This document shows, in pieces, positions 42,201-51,730 of a stretch of 64,000 nt of DNA (positions are counted from its first letter, which is position 1; each line of letters starts with the position of its first letter). The stretch is from Verrucomicrobiota bacterium (GTDB taxonomy: Bacteria; Verrucomicrobiota; Verrucomicrobiia; Opitutales; Coraliomargaritaceae), in assembly GCA_039815375.1 (NCBI GenBank), contig JBCBZJ010000006.1:1-64000 (forward strand), in the 5' to 3' direction. Made by a program: the position numbers and the translations under genes. The notes beneath the pieces were generated by a model. That model did not search any database and was not told the DNA's origin. It worked only from the letters and a program-made list of their open reading frames with translations.

Positions 42201-42446
42201 CGAGGTGAGTCGGGAAAATGGTTCTTGTATCGTGTGAAGAAGCTCAATCAGGATGGTCGCGTTTATGTGCGTGATATACGGGTCGCTCAAGAGGATAAAG
42301 ACACGTTATCTATTGGTCTTAGCGCCAGTCGTATGAAGGAATACTCATTTACTAAAGTAGCTATTGGAGTTATTGGCGATTTACGTGCGCCCAAGCATAT
42401 TCGAGAAAATTTATATGTCGGATCCATTTATCGTGATCCAGAGTGA
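39225..42446 (+). CDS. cas9: Type II-C CRISPR endonuclease Cas9 (1073 aa)
   Basis: RuvC-I LGLDLG..SIGW, Arg-rich bridge helix, RIELAR, HNH EIEHIIPFS..DDSFNNKTL, RuvC-III HHAIDA. Confidence 0.97.
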   Translation: MSNSKMDFVLGLDLGSQSIGWSVCPCSKEGEVSGLYSFDVRIFDDGRDAKSNEPLAVGRRLAKQTARRRQRAFGRRQALLKCLRKHDLLPNSTEENRTLVSKDPYRLRATAVEQKIDRHEIGRAILHINKRRGFKSTRKDYQAEDADLKGMKKGIEELKEELGDSMTLGQFLYAKKQKNDRAVLRFKSVTKGSTNEWSIYPERRMYEHEIGRIFEEQQKHYSDLDDTLLNRILFIVIEQRPLKKPKVGSCRFHVDQRRAPLALPSQQSFRIYQEVSNLEIRQNSEFRRLRDDERQAIVDQLTLKATKSYRNKNGVGPELTFAKIKTKILGDSSIRFNLEEMGRKSLSVDVTALELSSNACFGDRWFNIPLYEQDTIVLKLTGTEDKQIQDNDDAVIKWLMKTYSITGASATACLHAKLADGYGRLGLRALSEILPFLKGGMHYADSVQAAGLKDPLAEVELHEKLPYYGEVLENYTMPHPSDCSYGNTDNPEIRYGRIPNPTVHIGLNQIRKVVNALIERYGRPKVVRIELARDFAFSAKQNSEEKRQQEKNRKRNGEARDAIARAGHDPRNPKNLLRYKLWTELNKDCLQRSCPFSGRKISIEKLFSSEVEIEHIIPFSRSFDDSFNNKTLCFRDYNRLKSNLTPYEAFGQVPEYADILERVQSLNSAKRWRFREDAYERFMKENPDLIARTLNDTRYLSRAAVAYLRSVCSDVQTIRGAMTSSLRHFWGLDRILSDANEKDRSEHRHHAIDAFVVACSTPSFLRRFQFLTEANKRNFPDQNPLHLDDFPPPYKDYKPSQIADSASRILVSHRLNQIQESRGNIATSGQLHNETFYGLNETREKGFSLRVRKPLLALKQADCKNIASPRLRIFFSKKAEEISNASEWKKLLEGIVASGRIKRLRMLENKSSNAVTGFSARDGSIYRYAMTSGNAWADIISFKGSNENEVWKVHVASVFDAGSGGAQQPVWKVEHPTARKIARVSINDTIALRGESGKWFLYRVKKLNQDGRVYVRDIRVAQEDKDTLSIGLSASRMKEYSFTKVAIGVIGDLRAPKHIRENLYVGSIYRDPE

Positions 42447-43356
42447 CGGAGTTTTCGTAAGACAACATCGTGGCTTTCTGGAAATACAATTAAAACGTGA
42501 CTCTGGTCAGGAAACACGTCGCTTCCCATTTGATTCGATAGAAGGCGTCCTTGTTGAATCAAAAGGAGTTAGCCTGACTAAGTCAGCAATTACTGCATTA
42601 GCAGAAAAAGGCATCCCCTTAATCTTCACGGACCGAAATCATCAGCCTGAGGCAGCCCTGGTATCATTTAAAGGGCATCACCGCGCATCGGAGATGTTGA
42701 ATGCCCAGAGTGACGCGAAACTGCCCCTTAAAAAGAACATCTGGAAACTGATTATTCAGGCAAAGATTCAGAATCAACATCTTGTCCTGAATGAAACACA
42801 TGAAGACACAACCTTACAGCATTTAGCAGGAAGAGTTCGTTCGGGGGATTCAGATAATAGAGAGGGGGTCGCTGCCAGATTGTATTGGTCGCGTCTATTT
42901 GGTTCTGGATTTACGCGAAACCCTGATTCGCCGGATCTAAATGCCTTACTGAATTTCGGCTATGCGATTGTTAGGTCAGCAATGGCCAAAGAAGCTGCGA
43001 TACATGGCTTACACCCAGCTCTGGGCGTCCATCATCGTAATGCAAGGAATGCGTTTCGTCTCATTGATGATTTGATGGAGCCATTTCGACCTGCTGTTGA
43101 TTACGTCGTGTTTTGCGCTTTGGATGAGGGGCATACGCAGGTCACCAATCATACCAAGCATTTGATGCTGCAGCTTTGCTATGAGCCGATTTTTAGGAAC
43201 AAAGAGTGGGGGCGTTCTTTGAATGGCGCGATCAGGTTGTGCGTGCGAAGCTATGTGGCAAAGATGCTGGATAATACGAGAGTTTTCGTGGCGTGCCCGG
43301 ATGGTTTGATGCCGGCAATTTTTGCCTTGGGACGAAGGGGAGTTCTTACGCGGTGA
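42415..43356 (+). CDS. cas1: CRISPR-associated Cas1
   Basis: EGVAARLYW, NALLNFGYAIVR and LIDDLMEPFRP motifs. Confidence 0.95.
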   Translation: MSDPFIVIQSDGVFVRQHRGFLEIQLKRDSGQETRRFPFDSIEGVLVESKGVSLTKSAITALAEKGIPLIFTDRNHQPEAALVSFKGHHRASEMLNAQSDAKLPLKKNIWKLIIQAKIQNQHLVLNETHEDTTLQHLAGRVRSGDSDNREGVAARLYWSRLFGSGFTRNPDSPDLNALLNFGYAIVRSAMAKEAAIHGLHPALGVHHRNARNAFRLIDDLMEPFRPAVDYVVFCALDEGHTQVTNHTKHLMLQLCYEPIFRNKEWGRSLNGAIRLCVRSYVAKMLDNTRVFVACPDGLMPAIFALGRRGVLTR

Positions 43357-43688
43357 AACGAACACTAACAGGATACAGGCTTATGTGGATGATGATCATG
43401 TTTGATTTGCCCGTAGGGACGAAGAAAGAACGAAAAATTGCGTCCGAATTCAGAAATCTATTGCTGGATAATGGTTTTGAAATGTCTCAGTTTTCGGTTT
43501 ATCTTCGTTTTATTGGCGAACGTGAACGAATCTCCAGCCACACTCGATGGATTGAGCAAAATCTGCCTAGAAATGGAAAGGTTTCGATTTTATTTTTTAC
43601 GGATCGTCAGTTTTCTGAGTCCATTTTCTTTCAGCATACTAAACGAGAAAAAATTCCAAACGTGCCTGAACAATTAGTTTTGATATGA
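43353..43688 (+). CDS. cas2: CRISPR-associated Cas2
   Basis: MIMFDLPV...FRNLLLDNGFEMSQFSVY. Confidence 0.95.
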   Translation: MKRTLTGYRLMWMMIMFDLPVGTKKERKIASEFRNLLLDNGFEMSQFSVYLRFIGERERISSHTRWIEQNLPRNGKVSILFFTDRQFSESIFFQHTKREKIPNVPEQLVLI

Positions 43689-43754
43689 ATCGGCCAAAAT
43701 TATTTTCAAGATGCCTTCGCAAGTTATTTATTTTTAGATACTTGCGAAGGCACT

Positions 43755-44120
43755 AGTTTTGAAAATCAGAGACAGCGGTCAATCCGCAACTCGGCGGATG
43801 ATATATCACGCTCGACTTGAAGTTTTGAAAATCAGAGACAGCGGTCAATCCGCAACTGAAATGACCTATGTGGCGCGTGGGGTAGTAGTTTTGAAAATCA
43901 GAGACAGCGGTCAATCCGCAACCAGTTCGCTTTCGCTCGCGACCCATCGACGAGTTTTGAAAATCAGAGACAGCGGTCAATCCGCAACTCAGCACCACAG
44001 ACATTAAAGGTGCCTCCTAGTTTTGAAAATCAGAGACAGCGGTCAATCCGCAACAACCTCAACGATCTCGACTGGATAGGGAGGAGTTTTGAAAATCAGA
44101 GACAGTGGTCAATCGGGCTA
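43755..44120 (-). CRISPR. CRISPR array: six 36-bp repeats (last degenerate) and five 30-bp spacers
   Basis: + strand repeat AGTTTTGAAAATCAGAGACAGCGGTCAATCCGCAAC at 43755, 43821, 43887, 43953, 44019 and 44085; orientation inferred from tracrRNA pairing. Confidence 0.98.
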
Positions 44121-44137
44121 ATCCAGAATCGTGAAAG

Positions 44138-44842
44138 CTAGACCTGAGCCTTTGCTGCCTCGTGAATCGCTACTATCGAGAAAGTTAGCCCTTTTGCGTT
44201 CACCGTGTCGAAGCCGGCGAGTTTAAGCTGTTCGGCCAGGGCTTTTTTTGAGGGAAAATTTTCAATCGTTCCGGCGAGATAGTCGTAAGCACTCTTATCG
44301 CCGGTAGCAATGGCTGCGACCCGGGGAAGGATGTATTTCAGATAAAAGTAATAGATGGGTCGAAACCAGCTGTCGGGTTGTGAGAATTCCAACACATAGA
44401 GGCGCCCGCCGGGCCGCAGCACACGAAGGATTTCCCGGAGCCCTTTTTGGCGATCTTCGAAATTGCGCACTCCGAAGGAGATCGTAACGGCATCGACCGA
44501 GTTATCGGCCATCGGCAAAGACATGCAGTCGCCGAATGAAAACTCGAGATCGGCATAGTCCGACTTGCGGGTTCTTTTTTCCCGGGCCTCATCGAGCATC
44601 GGCTCGCAGAAGTCGAGTCCGGTGACTGGGATATCGGGCCCGAGACGATCACGCAGCTTGAATGCGACGTCACCGCTGCCGGTGGCCAGATCAACCACGT
44701 CCTTTGGCGCGAAAGCTTTTACCATTCTCGTAAGGACCCTACGCCAATGGAAATCAATGCCACCACTGAGGAGGTGGTTTGCGAGATCGTATCGACCGGC
44801 GATACCGGCAAACATATGGCTGACCGCTTGTCCTTCAGGCAT
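44138..44842 (-). CDS. ubiE: Ubiquinone/menaquinone biosynthesis methyltransferase
   Basis: [25 protein letters not shown] and YDYLAGTI motifs. Confidence 0.9.
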   Translation of the reverse strand: MPEGQAVSHMFAGIAGRYDLANHLLSGGIDFHWRRVLTRMVKAFAPKDVVDLATGSGDVAFKLRDRLGPDIPVTGLDFCEPMLDEAREKRTRKSDYADLEFSFGDCMSLPMADNSVDAVTISFGVRNFEDRQKGLREILRVLRPGGRLYVLEFSQPDSWFRPIYYFYLKYILPRVAAIATGDKSAYDYLAGTIENFPSKKALAEQLKLAGFDTVNAKGLTFSIVAIHEAAKAQV

Positions 44843-45020
44843 AGTGTAAAAATTCGGAGAGTGGAAGGGCGTGAAAGTTACAAAACTCAGGCTTCGATGA
44901 TTTCGAGTTGGAGGCCGTGTCGCTCTTTACAGTCTTATCGAGATAGTCTCTGTAAAAATCGTGGTCTGGTTGGTCTTTGCGAGGTGCGTAGATGGGGATG
45001 TTGGCGTCGAAAATCCTCAT
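44835..45020 (-). pseudogene. Truncated VapC/PIN toxin remnant
   Basis: PIN-like N-terminus (IFDANIPIYA..DQPDH) but only 61 aa; overlaps the antitoxin stop. Confidence 0.6.
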
Positions 45021-45280
45021 TTATTACTGTATGGTTCCATTTCTTCGGCAGCCAACATGTCGTTCATTTCAGCAGGACTGATGTATTTTACCTTAGGCTC
45101 TTCACCTGATGGCGCGTAAACGATAGTTCTATATTTCTTTTCTTTCGAGGCAGCGTAGTCACCCTTCAGGGCGGTCTGCAGCACATCGTTTACGGTGGCA
45201 CTTACGTTGTTCTTTCGACGAGTCGCAAGTTCTTTGGCTTTACGAGGCAATTCGTCATTAATCGTGAGTGTTGTTCTCAT
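45017..45280 (-). CDS. VapB-like RHH antitoxin
   Basis: MRTTLTINDEL..KAKELA N-terminus. Confidence 0.7.
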   Translation of the reverse strand: MRTTLTINDELPRKAKELATRRKNNVSATVNDVLQTALKGDYAASKEKKYRTIVYAPSGEEPKVKYISPAEMNDMLAAEEMEPYSNK

Positions 45281-45299
45281 GCATCAGTATGTCTTAGGG

Positions 45300-46889
45300 T
45301 CAATCTTTCTTGATGCTTTCGATGCTGCGGACGACCCATTGGGAGAGCTCCTTGTCCGGGTCTTCAATAGTGAGTTTCCCGATCTTGAAGACGGTCTGGC
45401 CTGTGTTGCGGTTAATAATGGTCAGGCCATGTTCGAAGTCTTTGAACTTTTCCTCACAGAGCGACTGAATAGTGCGGTCTTTTTCTTGTGATTCAGCAAT
45501 GAGGGCATCGATCGCGAGCGGCTTAAACTCGAGAGCAAATCCGTGTTGCTTTTCAAATGAAGTGGCGAAGCGTTTTACATCCTCGATGAAGACGTCTTGC
45601 TGGAGATGTGCGTTGGTCTCTTTTAATTGGGCTAAATACTCTGCCGGGTTTTTGATCATTTCTGGACTGACTTCGAATTTCTTGATCGCGGTGGAGGGGA
45701 GCTCGAATTTGAAATCCCGAAAGATGCGTTCCAGGACGGTGAGGATACCTCTGGCGCCGGTGCCTTCCTTGCTAGCGGTTTCAGCGATATCCATGATGGC
45801 TTCAGGAGTAATTTCGAAATCGATACCATAACCGTAAAAGTCGTCGCGATATTGGTGCAGTACACTGCCTTCCGAGGTGGTCATGATGTGGGCGAGATCT
45901 TCTCTATTCAGCCCCTGGCAAGAAACCCGAACTGGCACGCGGCCAATGAACTCCGGCTCAAAACCGTATTTGATAAAGTCCCGTGTTTCAGCCTGCGAGA
46001 GGTAAAGTGAGCTATCTTCGTCTTCTGAGGAAACCGGGGCACCGAAACCGAGCTCGTTATTTGCCACGCGCTTTTTGATCGATTCGGCTAATTTGTCAAA
46101 GGCACCACTGACAATGAAAAGAATATTGCGGGTGCTGATCGTGCGTTTCTTCGGCTTGCCACCGCGCTGCATTTCCATGACGGCTTGCATCTGTGACATC
46201 ATGTCAGTCGGGCTGAAGAGGTTGACCTCGGTTTCTTCCATCAACTTGAGCAGGTTTATTTGGACGCCGCGACCTGAGACGTCACGTCCAGCGGCACTGG
46301 GCTCACTAGCGATTTTGTCGATTTCGTCGACGAAGATAATGCCGTTTTCTGCCAGCTCGATATCGCCATCAGCGGCTTTCACGAGATCCCGAACCAGGTC
46401 CTCTACGTCCGAACCCACGTAGCCTGTCTCGGAAAACTTAGTCGCATCAGCTTTAACGAAAGGCACACCAATGAGCCGTGCGATGTTCTTCATCAAATAG
46501 GTTTTGCCGACGCCGGTCGGGCCGAGGAGGAGGATATTCTGCTTACTGTATTCGGTAGCCGTGCCCGCTTTTCCAGTCAGCATCTGCCGGACGTGGTTGT
46601 AATGATCGCAAATGGCTACAGAGAGGACTTTTTTTGCTTCGTCCTGCCTGATGACAAAGCGATTCAGGTAGTCTCGTATTTCCTTGGGCTTGAGGCGGAA
46701 ATTCCGGATCTGCTCCATCACATCTTCAGTGGCCTCAGAGCTTTCTTCCGGCGTCGATTCGTCGCCGGATTCCGGCTCGGTCGAAGGATTGAAGGCGTGC
46801 GCAGAGACCTTGACGTTGGAGTCTTTGAACAGCTCCTTCAACTGTTGCTGAATTTCCTCGAAAGGATTCGGTGGATCTTTTTCACTCAT
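45300..46889 (-). CDS. ClpX-like AAA+ ATPase lacking the N-terminal zinc-binding domain
   Basis: [34 protein letters not shown] and LGF loop. Confidence 0.85.
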   Translation of the reverse strand: MSEKDPPNPFEEIQQQLKELFKDSNVKVSAHAFNPSTEPESGDESTPEESSEATEDVMEQIRNFRLKPKEIRDYLNRFVIRQDEAKKVLSVAICDHYNHVRQMLTGKAGTATEYSKQNILLLGPTGVGKTYLMKNIARLIGVPFVKADATKFSETGYVGSDVEDLVRDLVKAADGDIELAENGIIFVDEIDKIASEPSAAGRDVSGRGVQINLLKLMEETEVNLFSPTDMMSQMQAVMEMQRGGKPKKRTISTRNILFIVSGAFDKLAESIKKRVANNELGFGAPVSSEDEDSSLYLSQAETRDFIKYGFEPEFIGRVPVRVSCQGLNREDLAHIMTTSEGSVLHQYRDDFYGYGIDFEITPEAIMDIAETASKEGTGARGILTVLERIFRDFKFELPSTAIKKFEVSPEMIKNPAEYLAQLKETNAHLQQDVFIEDVKRFATSFEKQHGFALEFKPLAIDALIAESQEKDRTIQSLCEEKFKDFEHGLTIINRNTGQTVFKIGKLTIEDPDKELSQWVVRSIESIKKD

Positions 46890-46983
46890 ATTTTCTAGTT
46901 TGACAGCATTTTCCCGATCAGAAGTATCGCAACAACAGTAACTTTCGATTTTCTTTTATTCAAGTTCTCCAAGTAATCAGAAC

Positions 46984-47304
46984 ATGTCCAACAATCTTAC
47001 AAAACGCGATATCGTGCTCGACATTTACGAGAAGACAGACTTCCCGCAAAAAGAAGTCCGCGAGACAGTTCAGTTGACGCTGGACGCAATCGCTAAGGCC
47101 CTCAGTGAGGGGCGTAATGTAGAGTTGCGTAACTTCGGCGTATTTGAAGTTCAAATTCGCAAGTCACGCATTGGCCGCAATCCGAATAAGCCCGAAACAG
47201 ACGTTGTCATTCCAAAGCGCGCGGTGATCAAGTTCAAGGCGGGTAAGGAGCTTAAGGCTCAGCTTGCAGATCTGGACGTTGATACGGTTGGCAGCGAAGA
47301 CTAA
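46984..47304 (+). CDS. HU/IHF family DNA-binding protein
   Basis: VELRNFGVF..RIGRNP..FKAGKELK. Confidence 0.93.
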   Translation: MSNNLTKRDIVLDIYEKTDFPQKEVRETVQLTLDAIAKALSEGRNVELRNFGVFEVQIRKSRIGRNPNKPETDVVIPKRAVIKFKAGKELKAQLADLDVDTVGSED

Positions 47305-47336
47305 GCTGGCTTAGAGGGATTTCGTTAGACGACCCG

Positions 47337-48683
47337 ATGCAATTTGAAACACTGCCCGGCTTTCGGGAGTTTTATCCGGCAGCTTGCAGCCGTAGAAACT
47401 TCATTTTCTCGCATTGGCGTAAAGTCGCGCGTGCGTTCAGTTTCAGCGAGTATGATACGCCTGTTCTCGAGCCGCTTGAGCTCTATATAGAGAAGTCGGG
47501 TGAGGAGATTGTTGGTCAGCTCTTCAATTTCGAGGACCGTGGTGGCCGTGCGGTTGCACTTCGACCGGAAATGACACCGTCGCTCGCACGCCTAATCGGC
47601 GCAAAAGCAAACAGCCTGAAACGTCCCGTAAAGTGGTTCAACATCGGCGAACATTACCGCTACGAACGCCCACAAAAGGGTCGGTTACGTGCCTTTTACC
47701 AGTTCAATGTCGATATCTTTGGCGAACCCAGTGCGGCTGCAGATGCCGAGCTTGTTAGCCTTCTGGTGCAGACGCTTCAGTCCTTCGGCTTGACGGATAG
47801 GGATTTCAAGGTGCGCCTCAGTGATCGTGACCTCTGGCTACTGATGTTGGCTTCGGAAGGTCTGGATGATGCCGCCAGTGCGAGCGTTCTCTCTGTCATA
47901 GACAAGCTGGAGCGGACTGATCGCGAGAAGTCGATTGAGAAACTATCCTCAGTAGTAGGTGAGGATGCAGAAGTTTTCTTCACTAAAATCGAGCGTGTAA
48001 TTGCTATTCGAGATGCTGAGGCGCTGAAGGAGTTTATCAACGGCCTCCCTCTTGAAGGAGAAGGGCTTAAACAGGCAAAGGCGCGTTTGTCGGATTGGAC
48101 ATACCTTCTGGATTGCCTGGATGCGGCTGGTTTAGGCGATTACATTCAAATTGACTTGGGAATCGTCCGGGGGCTCGCGTATTACACCGGATTTGTCTTT
48201 GAAGCTTTTGAAGCAACCGGCGAAGGGCGGGCCCTTGCCGGAGGCGGTCGCTACGATGCTCTGGTTAAGAAACTTGGCGGACCGGACATGCCGGCAGTGG
48301 GATTCGCAATGGGTGATGTCACTTTGGCGGACTTATTGGAGGCAAAGAATTTGATGCCGGACTTTATCGAGTCTGCCCAGTGTGTCGCTATTATTGGTGG
48401 CCCCGAAGAGCGGAAAGCGGCGCTGGCCGATATAGCCGGCTTGAGATCGCTGGGCTACCAGGTGGATTATCCCTTGAAGACGCAGGGCTTTGGAAAGCAG
48501 TTCAAAGCAGCAAATCAATCCGGTGCACGTTTTGCGCTGATCTATGGTTCTGAGGAAGTCGAGAATGGTATGCTTAAGGTACGCGACCTATCAAGCGGCG
48601 GCGAGATGGAACTGCTGCGTAAAGAGCTTCAAAATGCATTCCCGGAGCTTCTGGAGTCTGGGCTGCCCGCAACTGAGGACTAG
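47337..48683 (+). CDS. hisS: Histidine-tRNA ligase
   Basis: LRPEMT, RYERPQKGRLRAFYQ, RGLAYYTG and GGGRYD motifs. Confidence 0.96.
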   Translation: MQFETLPGFREFYPAACSRRNFIFSHWRKVARAFSFSEYDTPVLEPLELYIEKSGEEIVGQLFNFEDRGGRAVALRPEMTPSLARLIGAKANSLKRPVKWFNIGEHYRYERPQKGRLRAFYQFNVDIFGEPSAAADAELVSLLVQTLQSFGLTDRDFKVRLSDRDLWLLMLASEGLDDAASASVLSVIDKLERTDREKSIEKLSSVVGEDAEVFFTKIERVIAIRDAEALKEFINGLPLEGEGLKQAKARLSDWTYLLDCLDAAGLGDYIQIDLGIVRGLAYYTGFVFEAFEATGEGRALAGGGRYDALVKKLGGPDMPAVGFAMGDVTLADLLEAKNLMPDFIESAQCVAIIGGPEERKAALADIAGLRSLGYQVDYPLKTQGFGKQFKAANQSGARFALIYGSEEVENGMLKVRDLSSGGEMELLRKELQNAFPELLESGLPATED

Positions 48684-48824
48684 TCCTTACAGCGGTTTTG
48701 GCATGGATACCGTATCTCAGTAAATTCTCTATAAATGCCACGCTAAGGCTTTGTTAAAGAAGCTTGAATGTAGTCTAGCATGTTTACTATGTAACTTCAT
48801 TCTCTATTTCAACGATAGGAAATC

Positions 48825-49262
48825 ATGATGCCAGGGATACCTAAACTCATATTCTGGGCGATTGTTCTCGTCGGCGGCTACTATGGTTTGAACTATGTGA
48901 AAGTTCACACCAGTGCCGATGTTGTTGCTTACAAACGCTTCGCGAAAGCAGTTTTGAATGCCGATTCCCATGTTGCCCGGCAAGTTGCCGACAGCGAATT
49001 AGTTGAGGCTGTAATTGAAAAAGATGATCGCCGGCAAGAGCTCTACAACGGAGTGCGCATTCTGCTGACCTATTATAAGGTGCTTAGCCAAAATCTTACT
49101 CCGGACGGTAATAGCTCTATACTCGTAGTTGAACAAATCTCTCGGGTGGACTCTGCAGGCCAGCCCGGTTTCTGGGGTGACCGTGAGATTCGTATGCGGC
49201 ATACCGCAAAGCTCGAATACGAAAACTATCGTTGGCGTGTAACGCATTTCGATGAGCAATGA
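48825..49262 (+). CDS. Hypothetical membrane-anchored protein
   Basis: N-terminal TM segment; 145-aa ORF. Confidence 0.65.
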   Translation: MMPGIPKLIFWAIVLVGGYYGLNYVKVHTSADVVAYKRFAKAVLNADSHVARQVADSELVEAVIEKDDRRQELYNGVRILLTYYKVLSQNLTPDGNSSILVVEQISRVDSAGQPGFWGDREIRMRHTAKLEYENYRWRVTHFDEQ

Positions 49263-49313
49263 CGCGCTGGAGTTTTTCTTTCGGAAGGCATCCACATCAG
49301 TATTGTGTATCTC

Positions 49314-49802
49314 ATGGATGCCGAACGTTACCTACTAATCGATTCACACAATGTAATTTGTGATTCGGATCGTTTGCGCAGGATATTGGACGGCAACCAT
49401 GACGCTGCTCGCGACCAGCTTGCTAAAATAGCTCTGGCAATTCACGATGCGGAAGGGGTTCGGGTGGCGATGATACTGGACAGCAAGAATGATACTCTCC
49501 AGGTTGAGCATCCGTTCGAATGGAAAACTTTTGAGTATCTTTACGCTCCCGTATCATTAACCGCTGATGGGGTGATCGAGCGAATCATCCGCCGGGTTCA
49601 GGATACGAGTAAGGTCACGGTGGTCAGTAATGACAATATGGTTCGCGAAGCGACCCGTTCAGTTGGAGCGATAGCCCTCCGACCCGAAGAGTTTTTTGAG
49701 TGGGCCTCAGCCTGTGAGCGACGCCTGAGACAGGATGCAATACGGCGAAATGCTACAAACGCTGACGCATTTGAGAATAAGATCGATATTGATTTATCTT
49801 AG
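49314..49802 (+). CDS. YacP-like NYN domain protein
   Basis: LLIDSHNVI, TADGVIER and VVSND motifs. Confidence 0.8.
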   Translation: MDAERYLLIDSHNVICDSDRLRRILDGNHDAARDQLAKIALAIHDAEGVRVAMILDSKNDTLQVEHPFEWKTFEYLYAPVSLTADGVIERIIRRVQDTSKVTVVSNDNMVREATRSVGAIALRPEEFFEWASACERRLRQDAIRRNATNADAFENKIDIDLS

Positions 49803-49837
49803 TTGACCGAGTTCTTTTTCGCTCATCTGCTTATGGT

Positions 49838-51022
49838 ATGTCTGAGGCGAAGATTGAGGAGATGCAGGGGCTTTACGGGCCATTCAGTCTATTCGAAACG
49901 GTTTTGCAAAAGATTTGGCAACGTGGTGATTACCATAGTCGGGGAATGAAGACTGTGAGTGGGAGGTCGCTTAAGGTTATCGAACCGGGTAGGTGGAATA
50001 GCAATGAAGGACCGGATTTCAAAGAAGCGGTGCTTGAGATCAATGGGCAAAGGCTTGTGGGTGATGTAGAGGTGCACTTTCGATCCTCGGACTGGCATGC
50101 TCACGGCCATGATAGGAACCCAAATTTCAGCCAGGTCGTTCTGCATGTTTTGCTCTACGAGCCTGATCCTCTGGAAACGTCGATTGAGGGAGGTTTGGAG
50201 GCTGTTTGCCTCTTGCCGATATTGAACTGCGATCTAGAGAGCTATGCGATGGAAGAGGCACTCCTGGAGCTTGAAAGAGTCGAGCACGTGGAGTGGCTTG
50301 ATGCTATCTTGAAGCTACCGGTAGAGTTGCGACTGGAGGCTATCTTGGGATTCGCGAAACGGCGCTGGTCCTATAAAGTGGCTTTCGCAGAAAAGCGACT
50401 CAAAGAGCAGGGCTGGAACCATGCATGCCATCAATTTACCTTAGAGGTTTTAGGTTATGCCAGGAACCGTGCTCCTATGAGCCGGATTGCCTCAAAATAT
50501 AGTCTCACTCAATTTTCAGCCGGTTTGGATACGGATAGGTTGTTCAGTGAGTCTCGAGATCAGTGGAAGCTAAAAGGCGCACGTCCAGCCAATCACCCTC
50601 GACTTCGATTGCAGCAATACGCGGAGATTTGTCGCATTTGCCCATACTGGCCAGAGAAGTTGATGGAGATTTTCAGTAAGCAGGAAAAAATGGACGTTCA
50701 CAGTGGTTCTGCCTTCAGAAAGCTTGCCGCAACAAAGCAGTTGCAGAGATTGCTCGCTAAAGACGTTTTTTGCTCACAGCTCGGAGAGAAACGCCTGAAT
50801 ACCCTTCTATGTGATGCTATCTTTCCTTTAGCGCAGGCGAAGAGTCTTTTTGAAGGTGAGCCCTTCTGGCAAAATTGGTATCCGGGTGATATGCCACTCG
50901 GCTTGGTTCGAGCCTTTGATAGGGTTGGTTTATCTAAGGGGAAATTTCCGAAAACAAATGGTTTGCTACAAGGTATTTTGGAGCTGGCTACAGTTAAATC
51001 TGATGAATTGACGGAGCTCTAG
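49838..51022 (+). CDS. DUF2851 family protein
   Basis: GPDF..GDVEVH..SDWHAHGH..VVLHV and RPANHP motifs. Confidence 0.85.
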   Translation: MSEAKIEEMQGLYGPFSLFETVLQKIWQRGDYHSRGMKTVSGRSLKVIEPGRWNSNEGPDFKEAVLEINGQRLVGDVEVHFRSSDWHAHGHDRNPNFSQVVLHVLLYEPDPLETSIEGGLEAVCLLPILNCDLESYAMEEALLELERVEHVEWLDAILKLPVELRLEAILGFAKRRWSYKVAFAEKRLKEQGWNHACHQFTLEVLGYARNRAPMSRIASKYSLTQFSAGLDTDRLFSESRDQWKLKGARPANHPRLRLQQYAEICRICPYWPEKLMEIFSKQEKMDVHSGSAFRKLAATKQLQRLLAKDVFCSQLGEKRLNTLLCDAIFPLAQAKSLFEGEPFWQNWYPGDMPLGLVRAFDRVGLSKGKFPKTNGLLQGILELATVKSDELTEL

Positions 51023-51069
51023 AATTTTAATTTGGTCAGTTCTAAAAGCTCTTGAAATCGACACAGTGA

Positions 51070-51603
51070 ATGAAGAATTTGATTCTTAGTATCATTTTTT
51101 TGAGTGCTGCTACCTTTCTTGGTCTTCATTTATATAAAAAAGGAAAAGATGTTGAATGGATTGACGTTGAAGAGTCCGCGCCAACCTATCTTTTTCCTGC
51201 TCGCATGGAACTGGAGAGTGCGGATGGTCGCCGTGTCGATGTAATCGTTGTCGCTCGAAATGACAAATACGTTCAATTTGTGCGCAATTATGACAGGGAG
51301 AAGTTTGTTTACTCTTTGAACCAGCTAACCGGCTCCTCGAGAAAAGAAGTCATGCGATACCCGAATACCGGACTCAAGGATGCCGGTCAGCATGTTGCTG
51401 ATGGCTCGTTGACAAAAAGAGAAGCGCAAATTGAGGAGACAAAAGAAGCCCTAAGTGCCATCAACCGGAGAGTGGAGGATTTGAGCAGAGTATTTGAACA
51501 GAGTGAGAATCCGACTAACCGGAGTGAAATAATGCGACAAATTGAAACTTTGGAGCGACAGCTACAAGAGCAGCAATACAAGCTTGAGGCGCTTGTTCTC
51601 TGA
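51070..51603 (+). CDS. Hypothetical membrane-anchored protein with C-terminal coiled coil
   Basis: N-terminal TM segment; heptad-rich C-terminus. Confidence 0.65.
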   Translation: MKNLILSIIFLSAATFLGLHLYKKGKDVEWIDVEESAPTYLFPARMELESADGRRVDVIVVARNDKYVQFVRNYDREKFVYSLNQLTGSSRKEVMRYPNTGLKDAGQHVADGSLTKREAQIEETKEALSAINRRVEDLSRVFEQSENPTNRSEIMRQIETLERQLQEQQYKLEALVL

Positions 51604-51605
51604 TC

Positions 51606-51730
51606 TAAGAGAACGTTCGATCAAATCTGATTATAGTTACTCCTCAAGATAAGGTGGACGAAATCGCAATCGATTCCGCAGCACGCGAGAAATAAAGCAA
51701 CGCTTTTAGCAATTCATGAGACATACTCTA
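51606..51730. repeat. MITE-like interspersed repeat, copy C (internally deleted)
   Basis: TAAGAGAACGTT...GGTGGACGAAATCG...TAAAGCAACGCTTTTAG...ACTCTA. Confidence 0.8.

Noticed and set aside
43755..43790. Repeat-embedded extended -10 promoter as in Neisseria type II-C arrays
   Set aside because: The repeat 3' end (TTCAAAACT) lacks a convincing TGnTAnnnT, so it cannot be supported.
43753..44007. ORFs 43753-44004 (-) and 43759-44007 (+) with repeated peptides
   Set aside because: These are translations of the 66-bp CRISPR period, not genes.
43791..44084. Self-targeting spacers
   Set aside because: No match to the window was noticed by eye; a proper alignment was not possible.
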